Source: a virus. Taken from it: a stretch of DNA of 64,000 nucleotides. A program made the translations under genes and the position numbers. This document shows, in pieces, positions 36,926-46,596 of the stretch. Each line of letters starts with the position of its first letter. The stretch's first letter is position 1. The notes under the pieces are model-generated. The model had not been told where the DNA came from and did not search any database. It saw only the letters and a list, made by a program, of their open reading frames with translations. The stretch covers positions 32,001-96,000 of the IMG/VR virus record IMGVR_UViG_3300047494_000112; one strand, 5' to 3'.

Positions 36926-38503
36926 TTATTGCTTAATGATAAAGATCAATGGATGATCAGTTTCATCAACTGGAATGTTACCTGTTGTTGAGGTTTTTAC
37001 AGGAACGGTTCCCATTGTTGGATCATATTCTGTAATCAAAGATGCACCGTTCCCGTAGAGATGAGAATAGTCATGTGTGATCGGATTAACTGATCCAGTT
37101 CCAGGGTAGTTGGCGTTGCTACAAAGTTGTGTTTCACGCCAAATGATGACCATCTCTTGAGTTGGTGAGAACTCAAAAGTTTCAGCATAGGTGTGAGAAT
37201 CCGCTGCTGAAAGAGTCCAGCTTTGTGGAATAGGTGTTGTGATGGTTGCACCTGTAGTCCAAGGCATTGTACTATTAAGAATAATGTTAAAGTTATGAAT
37301 GTACAAAGCCTCTGTTGTAAGTTGATTGTTGTTATCAAAGATGCCAAAATTGTCGCTGGGATTATCAGCAGCAGCATCATGAATTAGCTTGTAGGCAAAC
37401 ATGTGGTGAATGCCTAAGCTTGCACCATCCAACCAATAGTCTAATTGCTGTTTACCTGCAATATCTGCTGTAACATTGGAGGGATAATTGTAGTCACAAA
37501 GATAATTTGATCCAATTGGATAACCTTCTTCTGTAGCATAAGCAGGTTCATCAGCAGCAGTAAATGTAAAGGGAACACCATCTACATAGTAGGTACCACC
37601 ATTTTCATTTTTATATGCTTTTGATTTAGAAACCCAATACATTGGAGGGCTGCCGTTTTGAGCATAAGGGTGTTGATTGTCAGCAAAAGCAACAACTGAC
37701 GGACTTGGATAATTTGTGCCTACATAGGGGTAAGGATCAGGTAGAAAGGTTTCTTGGTTAGCGCCCCATCCAGTATAATATACTGTCTGAATGCCCGAAT
37801 AATAAAAGTTGTCTTGTCCAGTATAGTGCTGAGCAAGTGTTAGCATAACAGCATTTGCAGCATTAATCTCGTCATTAAAAACACACGATTTTGGTGTTTT
37901 CCACTGGTTACCTGGACCGTTGGTAACACAACTGGTACCGTATTCAGTCCCAGCAACTATACCTTGCGGTGGTATTCCAAAATTCGGATTTGAGATTGTA
38001 GCAGTATACCGAATTGGGAAATTATCAATTTCATTTGGACCTTCAACGGCAAGTACCGATCCAGGACACGCCGCATTAATTTTATCAATTGTTGCCATAC
38101 GATATGGCAGTGGATAAGATCCATTTGTAAGATCTGCTGTAAGATAACTATTTGAACTTGCAATTAGCATAACCAATTGGTTTGGAGTGGTTGTTCCGCT
38201 CCCACCATAATTGCAAGCAATCTGCTCAAATGTTAAATTTGCAGCATCGGTACCAGTTATATCTGCATCTCTAATTTTGTGAATCCCAAGATAATTTAGA
38301 TCCGCAACCACATTGGATACTGTCCACAATGAATTGTTGGTACCTGCCATTTGTGTAGTCACACCTTCTGAATCCATTAGTCCGTACACAGAATAAACAG
38401 GTGCGTTTTTACTTAAAATTTGAACTGTCCCTGTTTGTGCATTGGCATTAAACACAACCAGAAAACAGGAAGCTAGTACTCCTAATATAAAATGTTTCAT
38501 CAC
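36926..38503 (-). CDS. secreted clan GH-A glycoside hydrolase-like protein
   Basis: Signal peptide (..ANA-Q), VEGPNE acid/base, TEEG nucleophile. Confidence 0.7.
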   Translation of the reverse strand: MMKHFILGVLASCFLVVFNANAQTGTVQILSKNAPVYSVYGLMDSEGVTTQMAGTNNSLWTVSNVVADLNYLGIHKIRDADITGTDAANLTFEQIACNYGGSGTTTPNQLVMLIASSNSYLTADLTNGSYPLPYRMATIDKINAACPGSVLAVEGPNEIDNFPIRYTATISNPNFGIPPQGIVAGTEYGTSCVTNGPGNQWKTPKSCVFNDEINAANAVMLTLAQHYTGQDNFYYSGIQTVYYTGWGANQETFLPDPYPYVGTNYPSPSVVAFADNQHPYAQNGSPPMYWVSKSKAYKNENGGTYYVDGVPFTFTAADEPAYATEEGYPIGSNYLCDYNYPSNVTADIAGKQQLDYWLDGASLGIHHMFAYKLIHDAAADNPSDNFGIFDNNNQLTTEALYIHNFNIILNSTMPWTTGATITTPIPQSWTLSAADSHTYAETFEFSPTQEMVIIWRETQLCSNANYPGTGSVNPITHDYSHLYGNGASLITEYDPTMGTVPVKTSTTGNIPVDETDHPLIFIIKQ

Positions 38504-38601
38504 AAACTCCTTTTTAAAACTAAAATAAAGGTCTAGTTCAAAACCTTTCGCAAAAGTCTATAAAAGATTTTCGCAAACTCTTAAAGTCATTACCTTACTA
38601 G

Positions 38602-39960
38602 TTATTTTACCAAAGTCATTCTAAGTTTTTCCTTCTCAGATTCATTAATCTTATGAAACGCAATCTGTATCAAAGACTCTTGAAATTGTGCTGGAGTCAT
38701 GCCTTCGCCCTGTTTAACGGCCAATTCAATTTCTTCTGGCCAGTCACAAAGAGTAACCTGCGCCATTTTTCTTCTATTTGGCTCAGACATTGCACCCATG
38801 TATATGACAGTATCTACACGGCCTGGTCTAGTTGAAAGAGTTTCACCATTCTTGCTAATGCCTATAGCAGGATCAATTTTGTCTAAATTATTTGTGGTAA
38901 TTATCAAAAATATTCCGTCTTGTACCTCAACGCCTGAGATAGAATTTAGAATATTATCAAAGCTCAAATCCTTACTCTTACTTAGATTCCTTCTGCCATC
39001 AAAAACAGCATCAAAATCTTCAAACAAAGCAATGCAAGGTGTAAACATTTGCTCCCAAAATTTAGTAAACTCCTGATCTGACATTGTGTTCAAGTGAAAT
39101 CTATAAATCATTATTCCCATGTCTTGAGCCAACGCGCGAACCAAAGTAGATTTGCCACAGCCTCCGGGACCATGTAAAAGCCAGCCTCTACGCCAAGGTA
39201 TCTTTCTTTTAGAATACCATTGTTCCATTGCAAGCCACTCTTTTGCTTGATGAAGGTAAGGAATGACCTCAGGTTCTAGGTACATGTGAGAGAAAGCTGA
39301 ATCTTTTTTAATTGTATATTGATCTTTTGTATAAAGAAATGAGCCTTTAATGTTAAAAGACAGATCCTTTTCCCAATCCAAATATTCACTAGGGCTATTA
39401 GTTGAACCTTTTGGAACAATCGAATCGTTGTCACCTTCATTAGAAATTTTATCTCTATTATATGAAATGTCTCTGCCAATTTGGTTTTTTACTCCAAAGC
39501 CATTACGGTTAGAGTAATCAAAAGTTTGCCTATATAGCTCTTCTTTTTTCAATTGTTTTTCGTGAGATTCTTGAATCAGTCTCTCAAAATTGAAACCTCT
39601 AATAGCTGTAAGGTTAATGTTATAACCTGAGTATTTTACAAATAGAAATCTAAAGCCCTTGTAGTTTAATCCTTCCACTCGTGAAATTTTAAAAGGTACG
39701 GTTCTATGCCTGGATCCTTCTTGATTTGAATTAAATTCAAGATAATTTGCGCTATATTCTTTTGTTATAGGTGGCAATCTTTTCCATTCTGTAAACAAAT
39801 GTTCTACTAGATCTGTGGCTAGTCCTGAACCAGGGTGTATAATGCCTCTAGACAAAATTATGCCTGAAACTCTGTTATAGATATCTTTGATATGGCTCCA
39901 GACAGTACCTATAACTGCTAATGCTCCTCCGCCTAGCATTAGTTTTGTAACATCAATCAT
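38602..39960 (-). CDS. BCS1-like membrane-anchored AAA+ ATPase
   Basis: N-terminal TM, RRGWLLHGPGGCGKS, FEDFD, TTN..D.A..RPGR. Confidence 0.85.
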   Translation of the reverse strand: MIDVTKLMLGGGALAVIGTVWSHIKDIYNRVSGIILSRGIIHPGSGLATDLVEHLFTEWKRLPPITKEYSANYLEFNSNQEGSRHRTVPFKISRVEGLNYKGFRFLFVKYSGYNINLTAIRGFNFERLIQESHEKQLKKEELYRQTFDYSNRNGFGVKNQIGRDISYNRDKISNEGDNDSIVPKGSTNSPSEYLDWEKDLSFNIKGSFLYTKDQYTIKKDSAFSHMYLEPEVIPYLHQAKEWLAMEQWYSKRKIPWRRGWLLHGPGGCGKSTLVRALAQDMGIMIYRFHLNTMSDQEFTKFWEQMFTPCIALFEDFDAVFDGRRNLSKSKDLSFDNILNSISGVEVQDGIFLIITTNNLDKIDPAIGISKNGETLSTRPGRVDTVIYMGAMSEPNRRKMAQVTLCDWPEEIELAVKQGEGMTPAQFQESLIQIAFHKINESEKEKLRMTLVK

Positions 39961-40473
39961 TTAAACCCCTTCAACTTTATAATTTAACAAAGCTTCATGC
40001 AGCATGATACGCGCTGGAAAATATCTGGTTTTCCAGAAATTTATAATCTTTTGAGTAAGTGGCTTTGCTCTAAAAGGGTCTCCATTATCATAGTTATCAG
40101 CTAATTTTACTTTGATAGCAGAAATGTTGCCTGAGTCAATAATGTCTTGCACGTACTCAAGATACGGACGTTCATCATCTTTTTTGTGTGTGAGTAACAC
40201 AACGATTTCAACCGTCTTTGGAGAAAAGCCTTTTATTAACAAATCAACAGCTGTAATGTCTGTGTCTTCAATAATGTCGTGCAGCCACGCTGCACACAAT
40301 TCGTCATCAGACGTTGAGTCAGGCCAAGCAGATATAACATAATTAAACACTCTATTAAGATGCTCAAAGTAAGGTCTGCCTGAAAGGTCAAGCTGACCTT
40401 CATGCTTAAACCTTGCTAATTCTTGAGCATCGTAATATTTCATTGGATGACCAGCCTTCTTTTCATTACTCAT
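39961..40473 (-). CDS. HD hydrolase, RelA/SpoT-HD (Mesh1-like)
   Basis: H.GQ....G.PYFEH, WLHDIIEDT, KLADNYDN. Confidence 0.8.
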   Translation of the reverse strand: MSNEKKAGHPMKYYDAQELARFKHEGQLDLSGRPYFEHLNRVFNYVISAWPDSTSDDELCAAWLHDIIEDTDITAVDLLIKGFSPKTVEIVVLLTHKKDDERPYLEYVQDIIDSGNISAIKVKLADNYDNGDPFRAKPLTQKIINFWKTRYFPARIMLHEALLNYKVEGV

Positions 40474-40482
40474 TGCTATCTC

Positions 40483-40827
40483 CTATTGTTCATCTGGTTC
40501 TGGCTCATAATTTGTGAAAAGCTTAGCTTCTTTTAGCATATACACGTGAGGAAAATCGTAGTAAGGTAGGCCTTTGATTATCGACAAATATCTATCTTCG
40601 TCTATCAATTCTACATCAGGAGTCATTACCCAAATTTTTGGAATCATGCCATATTTGTGTGCTAGGTATAACCTATGGGAGCCTTCAAGAGCAAAGAATT
40701 GCTTTTTATAATCACCATAACCTATTACTCGAATTGTAGGTTCGCCAGCTAATTCCATTTCGTCAAACACCTTGCCTAGATTTCCATCCTCATAAGGCAA
40801 GTGCTTTGCATATATTCTAACTGTCAT
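40483..40827 (-). CDS. ParB/Srx-like domain protein
   Basis: ALEGSHRLYLA. Confidence 0.55.
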   Translation of the reverse strand: MTVRIYAKHLPYEDGNLGKVFDEMELAGEPTIRVIGYGDYKKQFFALEGSHRLYLAHKYGMIPKIWVMTPDVELIDEDRYLSIIKGLPYYDFPHVYMLKEAKLFTNYEPEPDEQ

Positions 40828-41075
40828 TTAGGTGAGTCTCCATTCCAAATAGTTACTCTGTCATCGGTGTAGAAAGTACGTTTGATTTCTCTATCACCAG
40901 ATTTTACCTGCATAGTCACATCTAGCTTACCCGGCTTGGTACTCAGCGAAATATGAGTAATCCAGTATAGAACCCATTCCCATCTAGAGTTACCGTAATA
41001 TTTATCATAGACATTATCTTGGCTAGCAATAGCATCTCCTACTTTTAGGTTTATTACTAAACGACTAGTTTCCAT
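40824..41075 (-). CDS. hypothetical protein
   Basis: 83-aa ORF. Confidence 0.55.
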   Translation of the reverse strand: METSRLVINLKVGDAIASQDNVYDKYYGNSRWEWVLYWITHISLSTKPGKLDVTMQVKSGDREIKRTFYTDDRVTIWNGDSPK

Positions 41076-41133
41076 TTTTAGTCCCCAGCAATTTGCACGT
41101 AATAGGTATCCAGATATACACGTTTTTGCATTG

Positions 41134-41337
41134 CTATTCTTTCTTTAGCTTCATTAATTTCATACCTCCACAATGTTCTACATCTGAACAGTGTGAAAAG
41201 CCTGAAGCCCTACAACTAGGGCAGTATAGCCCTGAAGGATTATCACTTTCAGGAGCATTAGGTTCTAATTTAAGGTCTTCGATGTAGCTTTTTGTTTTGA
41301 GCACAAAATTAATCCTTAAACGGGTCAAACTCCCCAC
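41134..41337 (-). CDS. small Cys-rich protein
   Basis: CPSC...HC...HC. Confidence 0.5.
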   Translation of the reverse strand: MGSLTRLRINFVLKTKSYIEDLKLEPNAPESDNPSGLYCPSCRASGFSHCSDVEHCGGMKLMKLKKE

Positions 41338-42688
41338 GACCGGCCATTGCTACGGCGAACGGATGTAAGGTGCGTTCAATTTCAATTGTTCCGTAGTGAT
41401 GTCCTAAAACAGAAGGCAGCCTTCTGTAAGCCATTGGACTCTCGTCTAAATCACCACCATGTATTGTTACATTTCTTGCAGTCAACCACTTGTGCCACTC
41501 TTCATTTGAAAACCTTCGTTTGGCTTCTTTACGGCCAAACAAACGACCAGCACCATGAACAGTTGAATACAAACCTTTTGCTGCTCTATCATTTTCTACG
41601 CCATGAACAATCACAGCATCATCACCCATAGAGCCGCCAACAAAACCGCGTTGGTTGGGAAACGCTGGCGTTGCACCTTTACGCACTACCCACAACATTT
41701 TACCCTCGTGTTCTTCTTGCCAAGCGTAATTGTGGTGGTTCTCAACGTAGTCAAGTTCTTCACCACCAATGATTTGTTTTACTCTACTAAGCACCCAACG
41801 ACGGCCTTCTCTAGCGTAATCACCTGCAAGTGTCATTGCAGAAATGTAGCGTTGACCTAGTTCACTAGCGACATTAACTACAGTGGGAGTTTCCCAAATG
41901 CCATCTTTGCCACCAGCCGCTTTTAGATATTTGGTTGCAGAAGAGTGACCTAATCCACGTGATCCAAAATGAACTCCTATCCATATTCTACAGTCTTCAA
42001 TTGAGCCACCAAATTCAGGATCATCCAAAGGCGTCTTGTCAATCAGAAGATCTACGTAGTGATTACCTGACCCTACTGTACCTAACTGTGACATTGCTTT
42101 GCTTTTGTAATCCATCCTATCTGCTTGACGCCATCTCTCGGTGTCATCAAACAAGGCGCTTTCCACTGGCTCATGATTGGTTCTGCCAACACCGAATGAA
42201 ATATGTTGCGTAATTTTCTCAATCAGACCTGGAATGTCGTGCATAATATCACGATATTCGATATCAAGCTGAATTGCACCACAACCACATCCAATGTCAT
42301 AGCCTACACCAGATATGCTGATCTGATCTTCATATGCAATGACTCCGCCAACAGGTTGAGCATAGCCAAGATGGCCATCAGCGCATAGTACGCCACTGAC
42401 AACATTTCCAACCTTCATGCAGTTTTGCATTTGTAGTCTAGTATTTTCTTCGTGCTCGCCGTACACTAGCAATGGTGCGTTTTGATATTTTTCTTCTTGA
42501 GGTGGTGCCACAAATTTTTCTGCTTCATGCTGCTTGAACTCTTGACGAGCTGATTCCTGGTATAAGCACCAGCGCATCATGGTCCTGCCTTTGTCACCCA
42601 TTGGTACACGTTCATCTGGATCTAAACCATCAATTAGGCACAACTCTCTGGCACGAGTCTCGTATGGATTAGCTTGACGTTCGTTCAT
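41309..42688 (-). CDS. rtcB: RtcB 3'-phosphate/5'-OH RNA ligase with N-terminal extension
   Basis: DGH, DIGCG, GSGNHY, HFGSRG, HHN, RKGA, HGAGR, DESP.AYR. Confidence 0.93.
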   Translation of the reverse strand: MNERQANPYETRARELCLIDGLDPDERVPMGDKGRTMMRWCLYQESARQEFKQHEAEKFVAPPQEEKYQNAPLLVYGEHEENTRLQMQNCMKVGNVVSGVLCADGHLGYAQPVGGVIAYEDQISISGVGYDIGCGCGAIQLDIEYRDIMHDIPGLIEKITQHISFGVGRTNHEPVESALFDDTERWRQADRMDYKSKAMSQLGTVGSGNHYVDLLIDKTPLDDPEFGGSIEDCRIWIGVHFGSRGLGHSSATKYLKAAGGKDGIWETPTVVNVASELGQRYISAMTLAGDYAREGRRWVLSRVKQIIGGEELDYVENHHNYAWQEEHEGKMLWVVRKGATPAFPNQRGFVGGSMGDDAVIVHGVENDRAAKGLYSTVHGAGRLFGRKEAKRRFSNEEWHKWLTARNVTIHGGDLDESPMAYRRLPSVLGHHYGTIEIERTLHPFAVAMAGRGEFDPFKD

Positions 42689-42918
42689 TAGAAATTTATT
42701 CCTTCGCTGTTATCTATCATTCCAGATAAAACCTGAGCTTTATCTGTCCAGTGACTGAGAGCTGCTTCTTGATTTTCAATCACTTTATCTTGCTCTTTAA
42801 TTAAGAGCAAAAGCTCTTTTAGCAAAGGTAAACTCCAGGTTTGTTGTAACCCAGCTTCCATCTGCTTAATGTGATTTTTGGCATCCTTGATAATATCTTC
42901 TTTCGATCTATTTTCCAT
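42688..42918 (-). CDS. hypothetical coiled-coil protein
   Basis: 76-aa ORF. Confidence 0.55.
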   Translation of the reverse strand: MENRSKEDIIKDAKNHIKQMEAGLQQTWSLPLLKELLLLIKEQDKVIENQEAALSHWTDKAQVLSGMIDNSEGINF

Positions 42919-42926
42919 TTGTTCCT

Positions 42927-43232
42927 CTAAGCTTCGGTTCCAAGATAAAAATCTCTCTTTTCAAGAGCTGCAATTATTCTACGTGCTGTTGGTAGTCTAT
43001 ATTGCCATAGCTTGTAGGTCACACCTTCTGCTACTCGGTATATCTTTTCCTTAATTGTCATTTCTCTATCAGGATCGACGCCTTCCTCTTCACACATTGC
43101 TCTACACATTTCTTCAAGGTAGTAAATTTCTTTTTCAGCCTCAGTAATGGTCATGTCCTGTTGTGTATATTCAGGCAAATTTGAAGGCATAGCCATCTCC
43201 AATAAGATTTGAGTTGATACATTCAGCCACAA
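42927..43232 (-). CDS. hypothetical protein sharing a motif with the RtcB N-terminal extension
   Basis: RAMC...GVDPD....W.Y...AR. Confidence 0.6.
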   Translation of the reverse strand: MWLNVSTQILLEMAMPSNLPEYTQQDMTITEAEKEIYYLEEMCRAMCEEEGVDPDREMTIKEKIYRVAEGVTYKLWQYRLPTARRIIAALEKRDFYLGTEA

Positions 43233-43234
43233 TT

Positions 43235-43295
43235 ACTTTACCAGATTAAAGATCAACCTGGTAAAGTCAGTTTTGCACACCGTTTAAAACTGACT
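43235..43295. promoter_or_regulatory. strand-switch region with two adjacent inverted repeats (divergent promoter / possible nick site)
   Basis: ACTTTACCAG-13-CTGGTAAAGT (43235-43267) and AGTCAGTTTT-11-AAAACTGACT (43265-43295); TGGTAAAGT resembles an extended -10 on both strands. Confidence 0.6.
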
Positions 43296-43340
43296 GTAGA
43301 AATCATAATTTGTAATACAAACTAGATCCGGATATATGCT

Positions 43341-44384
43341 TTGACTATTCAATTAGAACCAAAAAAATTTAGTCCTGCTTTTGATGACATTTGGGTTTCT
43401 CACCTAATCTATCAATTCAACAGCATTCAAGACATACGACAGCAAATTTCTTATCTAAAATATACGATACAAAGATGCAACTTTATTAGCAATCTACGAG
43501 CTAATACAGGATCCTTTGTCACCTGTACCTTTGCATGTTCTGATTTAGATTGGGTGCACAAATTTACAGATTCAAACAATCCTGCCTTAGTTTCGATACT
43601 AAAAAATGAACAGCTAGAAATTGCAAATATGCTGCGTATCTATTGCAAGGAAAAATTTGCTTTAATAGGTGAAAATGCAATTTCTGGTGTCAAAATTCAC
43701 CGGGAAAAGGGATCCAAACTGTTTATTGCTGAGGCAAGGAAATCAAATTTTACACAAGGCTATTCAGTAAAAAAGTTTCAAGATAGGTATAAATCCAAGC
43801 TTAATCACAATTTGATAAGCTGTGACCTAATTCGGCATTATCATGCAGTATTATCTGTATCTGACTACAAAATCATACAAAAACAGGCAAAGCAATGGCG
43901 GCATGATTTAAATATCACAATGACAAAGGCAAAAGGAACGGTCAAGTTTAAAGCTGAGATCCATAAACTCTCACAATATCTCGCCAAATGCAATATCGTT
44001 CCATCTTCGTCTGAGGTGCCTTTTAATCGATATAGATTTGATATTCCCTTGATTAATTCAAGATTGGTGCAAGCTAGGCTAAATTGGCATGATATCTACA
44101 CTCCTGTATCCACATTTACTGGTAGAGATTATGACGTAGATTCGGTAATTATTTACCTAAAATCTGTCATTCGAGAGCTAGAATTGCAGATAAAAAGGGA
44201 TGAATACATTGAAAAACATGCTAATCTAATTGATATACAGATTCTTGCACCTAAATTAAAACGTTCAATCTCATCAAAACCTACCAAGCCTGTACAAATA
44301 TACGAGCCTCAGAAATGGCGGTTGTTTTGTCCATATTTACGGCGAAAAATGGGTGTAGATCCACCTAAAAAGGCGGTGGCATGA
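43341..44384 (+). CDS. putative HUH-superfamily rolling-circle Rep-like endonuclease
   Basis: Motif I FVTCTF (aa 59-64), motif II RHYHAVL (H166/H168), W186, motif III YLAK (Y213/K216) in canonical order. Confidence 0.6.
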   Translation: MTIQLEPKKFSPAFDDIWVSHLIYQFNSIQDIRQQISYLKYTIQRCNFISNLRANTGSFVTCTFACSDLDWVHKFTDSNNPALVSILKNEQLEIANMLRIYCKEKFALIGENAISGVKIHREKGSKLFIAEARKSNFTQGYSVKKFQDRYKSKLNHNLISCDLIRHYHAVLSVSDYKIIQKQAKQWRHDLNITMTKAKGTVKFKAEIHKLSQYLAKCNIVPSSSEVPFNRYRFDIPLINSRLVQARLNWHDIYTPVSTFTGRDYDVDSVIIYLKSVIRELELQIKRDEYIEKHANLIDIQILAPKLKRSISSKPTKPVQIYEPQKWRLFCPYLRRKMGVDPPKKAVA

Positions 44385-44513
44385 CCCACTATCCGCAATC
44401 AAGCCAAATTCAGAAACCTAAAACGCCTCACAATTCTGCATTAGATACACAAGATACCAGTAATACGATTAGATACTGTAAATTTCACTCCCTACCATCT
44501 GCCTATTTACATA

Positions 44514-44710
44514 TAATAATGGTCCATATAGATATAAGCATGGAGATATAAGCATTAATAATGGTCTACTAATAATGGTCCATATAGATATAAGCATGGA
44601 GATATAAGCATTAATAATGGTCTACTAGTAATGGTCCATATAGATATAAGCATTAATCCATTAGTAATTAAAGCATTAATAATGATGTAGATATTAGCAT
44701 TAATGTAATA
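44514..44710. repeat. AT-rich 56-bp tandem repeat (2.5 copies plus degenerate tail) with AGATATAAGCAT sub-repeats; origin-like
   Basis: Units 44514-44569 and 44570-44625 identical, third partial from 44626; period not a multiple of 3. Confidence 0.9.
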
Positions 44711-44769
44711 GAGACAGTAGTAATTGGAATCTGGTAAAGTCAGCATGTGGACAACTAGGCGAATATCAA

Positions 44770-44910
44770 ATGAACAATGAAGATGAAATACCAGAAAATG
44801 ATGAGAGTGATAATGAATTGTACGACGCTGATCCAGATTGTGACCACCAGATAATTGCCAAATGGTCTGGTGTTGAGTGTAGCAAATGTGGTGGCTGGTT
44901 CTGTTTCTAA
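44770..44910 (+). CDS. 46-aa Cys-rich protein
   Basis: ...LYDADPDCDH...VECSKCGGWFCF. Confidence 0.6.
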   Translation: MNNEDEIPENDESDNELYDADPDCDHQIIAKWSGVECSKCGGWFCF

Positions 44911-44921
44911 AGGAAAGAAAA

Positions 44922-45215
44922 ATGAGTGATGACACTGACTGGTGTAAATCCATGCTTGAAAAAATGAGTGCAGCTCCCGTAGGACAAATGGACCCAGTAA
45001 TTGCCATACGTCTAAAAGCTTTAACTGCGCAGCAGAATATTACATCAGACCAAATTTTGGCAGTAATTGATGACTGTGTCTATGGCTCATTGTGTAGTGA
45101 TTTTTGTATTACTGTCATGAATATAATCTGGAAAGAAATGTGTAAAATTGAAGGTATTACTATCGAGGTAGCTTTAGCTTCACGCGACTACTCGCTTAGA
45201 TACAATGGAGAATAA
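44922..45215 (+). CDS. hypothetical protein
   Basis: ATG at 44922 with AGGA SD (track start 44886). Confidence 0.6.
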   Translation: MSDDTDWCKSMLEKMSAAPVGQMDPVIAIRLKALTAQQNITSDQILAVIDDCVYGSLCSDFCITVMNIIWKEMCKIEGITIEVALASRDYSLRYNGE

Positions 45216-46306
45216 AATGTACATGCTATTACCTGACGATTGGGCGATAAACTTTTTACCTTTGGTTGATCCTGCTCGTATTGATTTCCCAGAGACTCTG
45301 TATATCTACGAGATGACGGATAACGAACCCTACTTTTTATTGTGTGATTGGACTAGCTACCCCAATTTTTGTACCAAGAAAAAAGGCTAGGACAGTTGAT
45401 CTATCTTAGAGTGTTGGAATCCTTGAGGGAGATAGATGGCAATAATTTAGTAGGGTATTATGGTAGGTTTACTCGGAAACAGATACAACAAGCAGTGCTA
45501 AACCCAATGATAAAGTCAATGAACCGTCCCCGGTATGCTTTAGCAGGTTCAGAGATAGTTTTTATACCTGAGACTATAGATCTATCCTTAAATAAAAAGA
45601 GGTTTGTATGAAACGTGAATGGACAAAAGACAAAATTGAGTTGATTAAGGAACTAAATAGCTTTGGTCTTTTGAGACTGTCTACTCAAGTAGAAACAGTT
45701 TGGGGCTATAAAGTTGCCTGTTTAGTGTGTGGTGCTCAAGGCTTCAGCTATAAAGGTCCTGACGGCTTTCAATACCAGGAAGCTCATCACAAAGATGACT
45801 GCCTTGCTGACGAAATTGCTCACATTCACGAGATTGAAAAAGGTGAATAGAAAATGGCTATTTATAATCTACCTCTCGTTCATACCTGCTCATGGACAGG
45901 TATCAAGTCCTACAACTCTTGGGCGTTTGATATCTGGATAAGAATGTGGAATATTATAGGCAGCCCGATGAACAGCAAGGCAATTGCATTAATTAATGGA
46001 GATACGGTAGAGGTGCTTGATACTGCAATTACTCCTGAGTTTTCACAGTTTGACAAATGGAAAAAGTAAATGAGCTTGTATGAGAAAGACTTGGATGATC
46101 TATTAGTTACTCAGCTAATGAATAAGGAGTTAAACGCTGAAAATTTAAAGCTTCGTTCCCTGTTTCTAAAATTGGCTATAGAGCTTGAAGCTATAAACGA
46201 ATGGCCTAGCCGTAACCGAGTTAAAAACGTTTTGAGTATTGCTGATCGCATGAAGGCAATCGCAGCTAGTAAATCCAGTAAGATTGAAAGTGAATCAGAT
46301 GCTTGA
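45205..46306 (+). CDS. run of five small hypothetical ORFs (45205..45390, 45369..45611, 45608..45850, 45854..46069, 46070..46306)
   Basis: Tightly coupled short ORFs typical of early phage regions. Confidence 0.6.
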
Positions 46307-46596
46307 TAAATATTTATCAAGAGCAATTTTGATCTTAGGTCTAATTGCAGAAGGAATTTATTGCATTAGTCACGGCATGGTTCATACCGGACATATGATC
46401 CTATGGTTGACTGCTATTGTTGTAATTTTTGTTTTGTGAGGTTAGTATGGACCATGGCATTGGAGACGGTATTGGTGAATTAATCAAAGGCTTAATGATT
46501 CTGTGTGCTATCTTTATTCCTTTAGGACTGTGGAAACTGATAGATATATTAATCTGGGTTTGCCATCACATTAGCATAAATTTTGGAGTGCATTGA
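46299..46596 (+). CDS. two small membrane micro-ORFs (46299..46439, 46 aa; 46447..46596, 49 aa)
   Basis: Hydrophobic peptides that fill the gap in the ORF track. Confidence 0.5.

Noticed and set aside
1-43232. Other short plus-strand and alternative-frame ORFs in the left arm (e.g. 1724, 9578, 11676, 24331, 25274, 29857, 35458, 38699) and minus-strand ORFs in the right arm
   Set aside because: Overlap well-supported genes in another frame or strand and show no motifs or SD sites.
44514-44710. 56-bp array as mini-CRISPR
   Set aside because: Units are head-to-tail identical with no spacers.
44555-45007. 150-aa minus-strand ORF
   Set aside because: Opposite to local gene orientation, overlaps two better plus-strand ORFs, and its tail is low-complexity repeat sequence.
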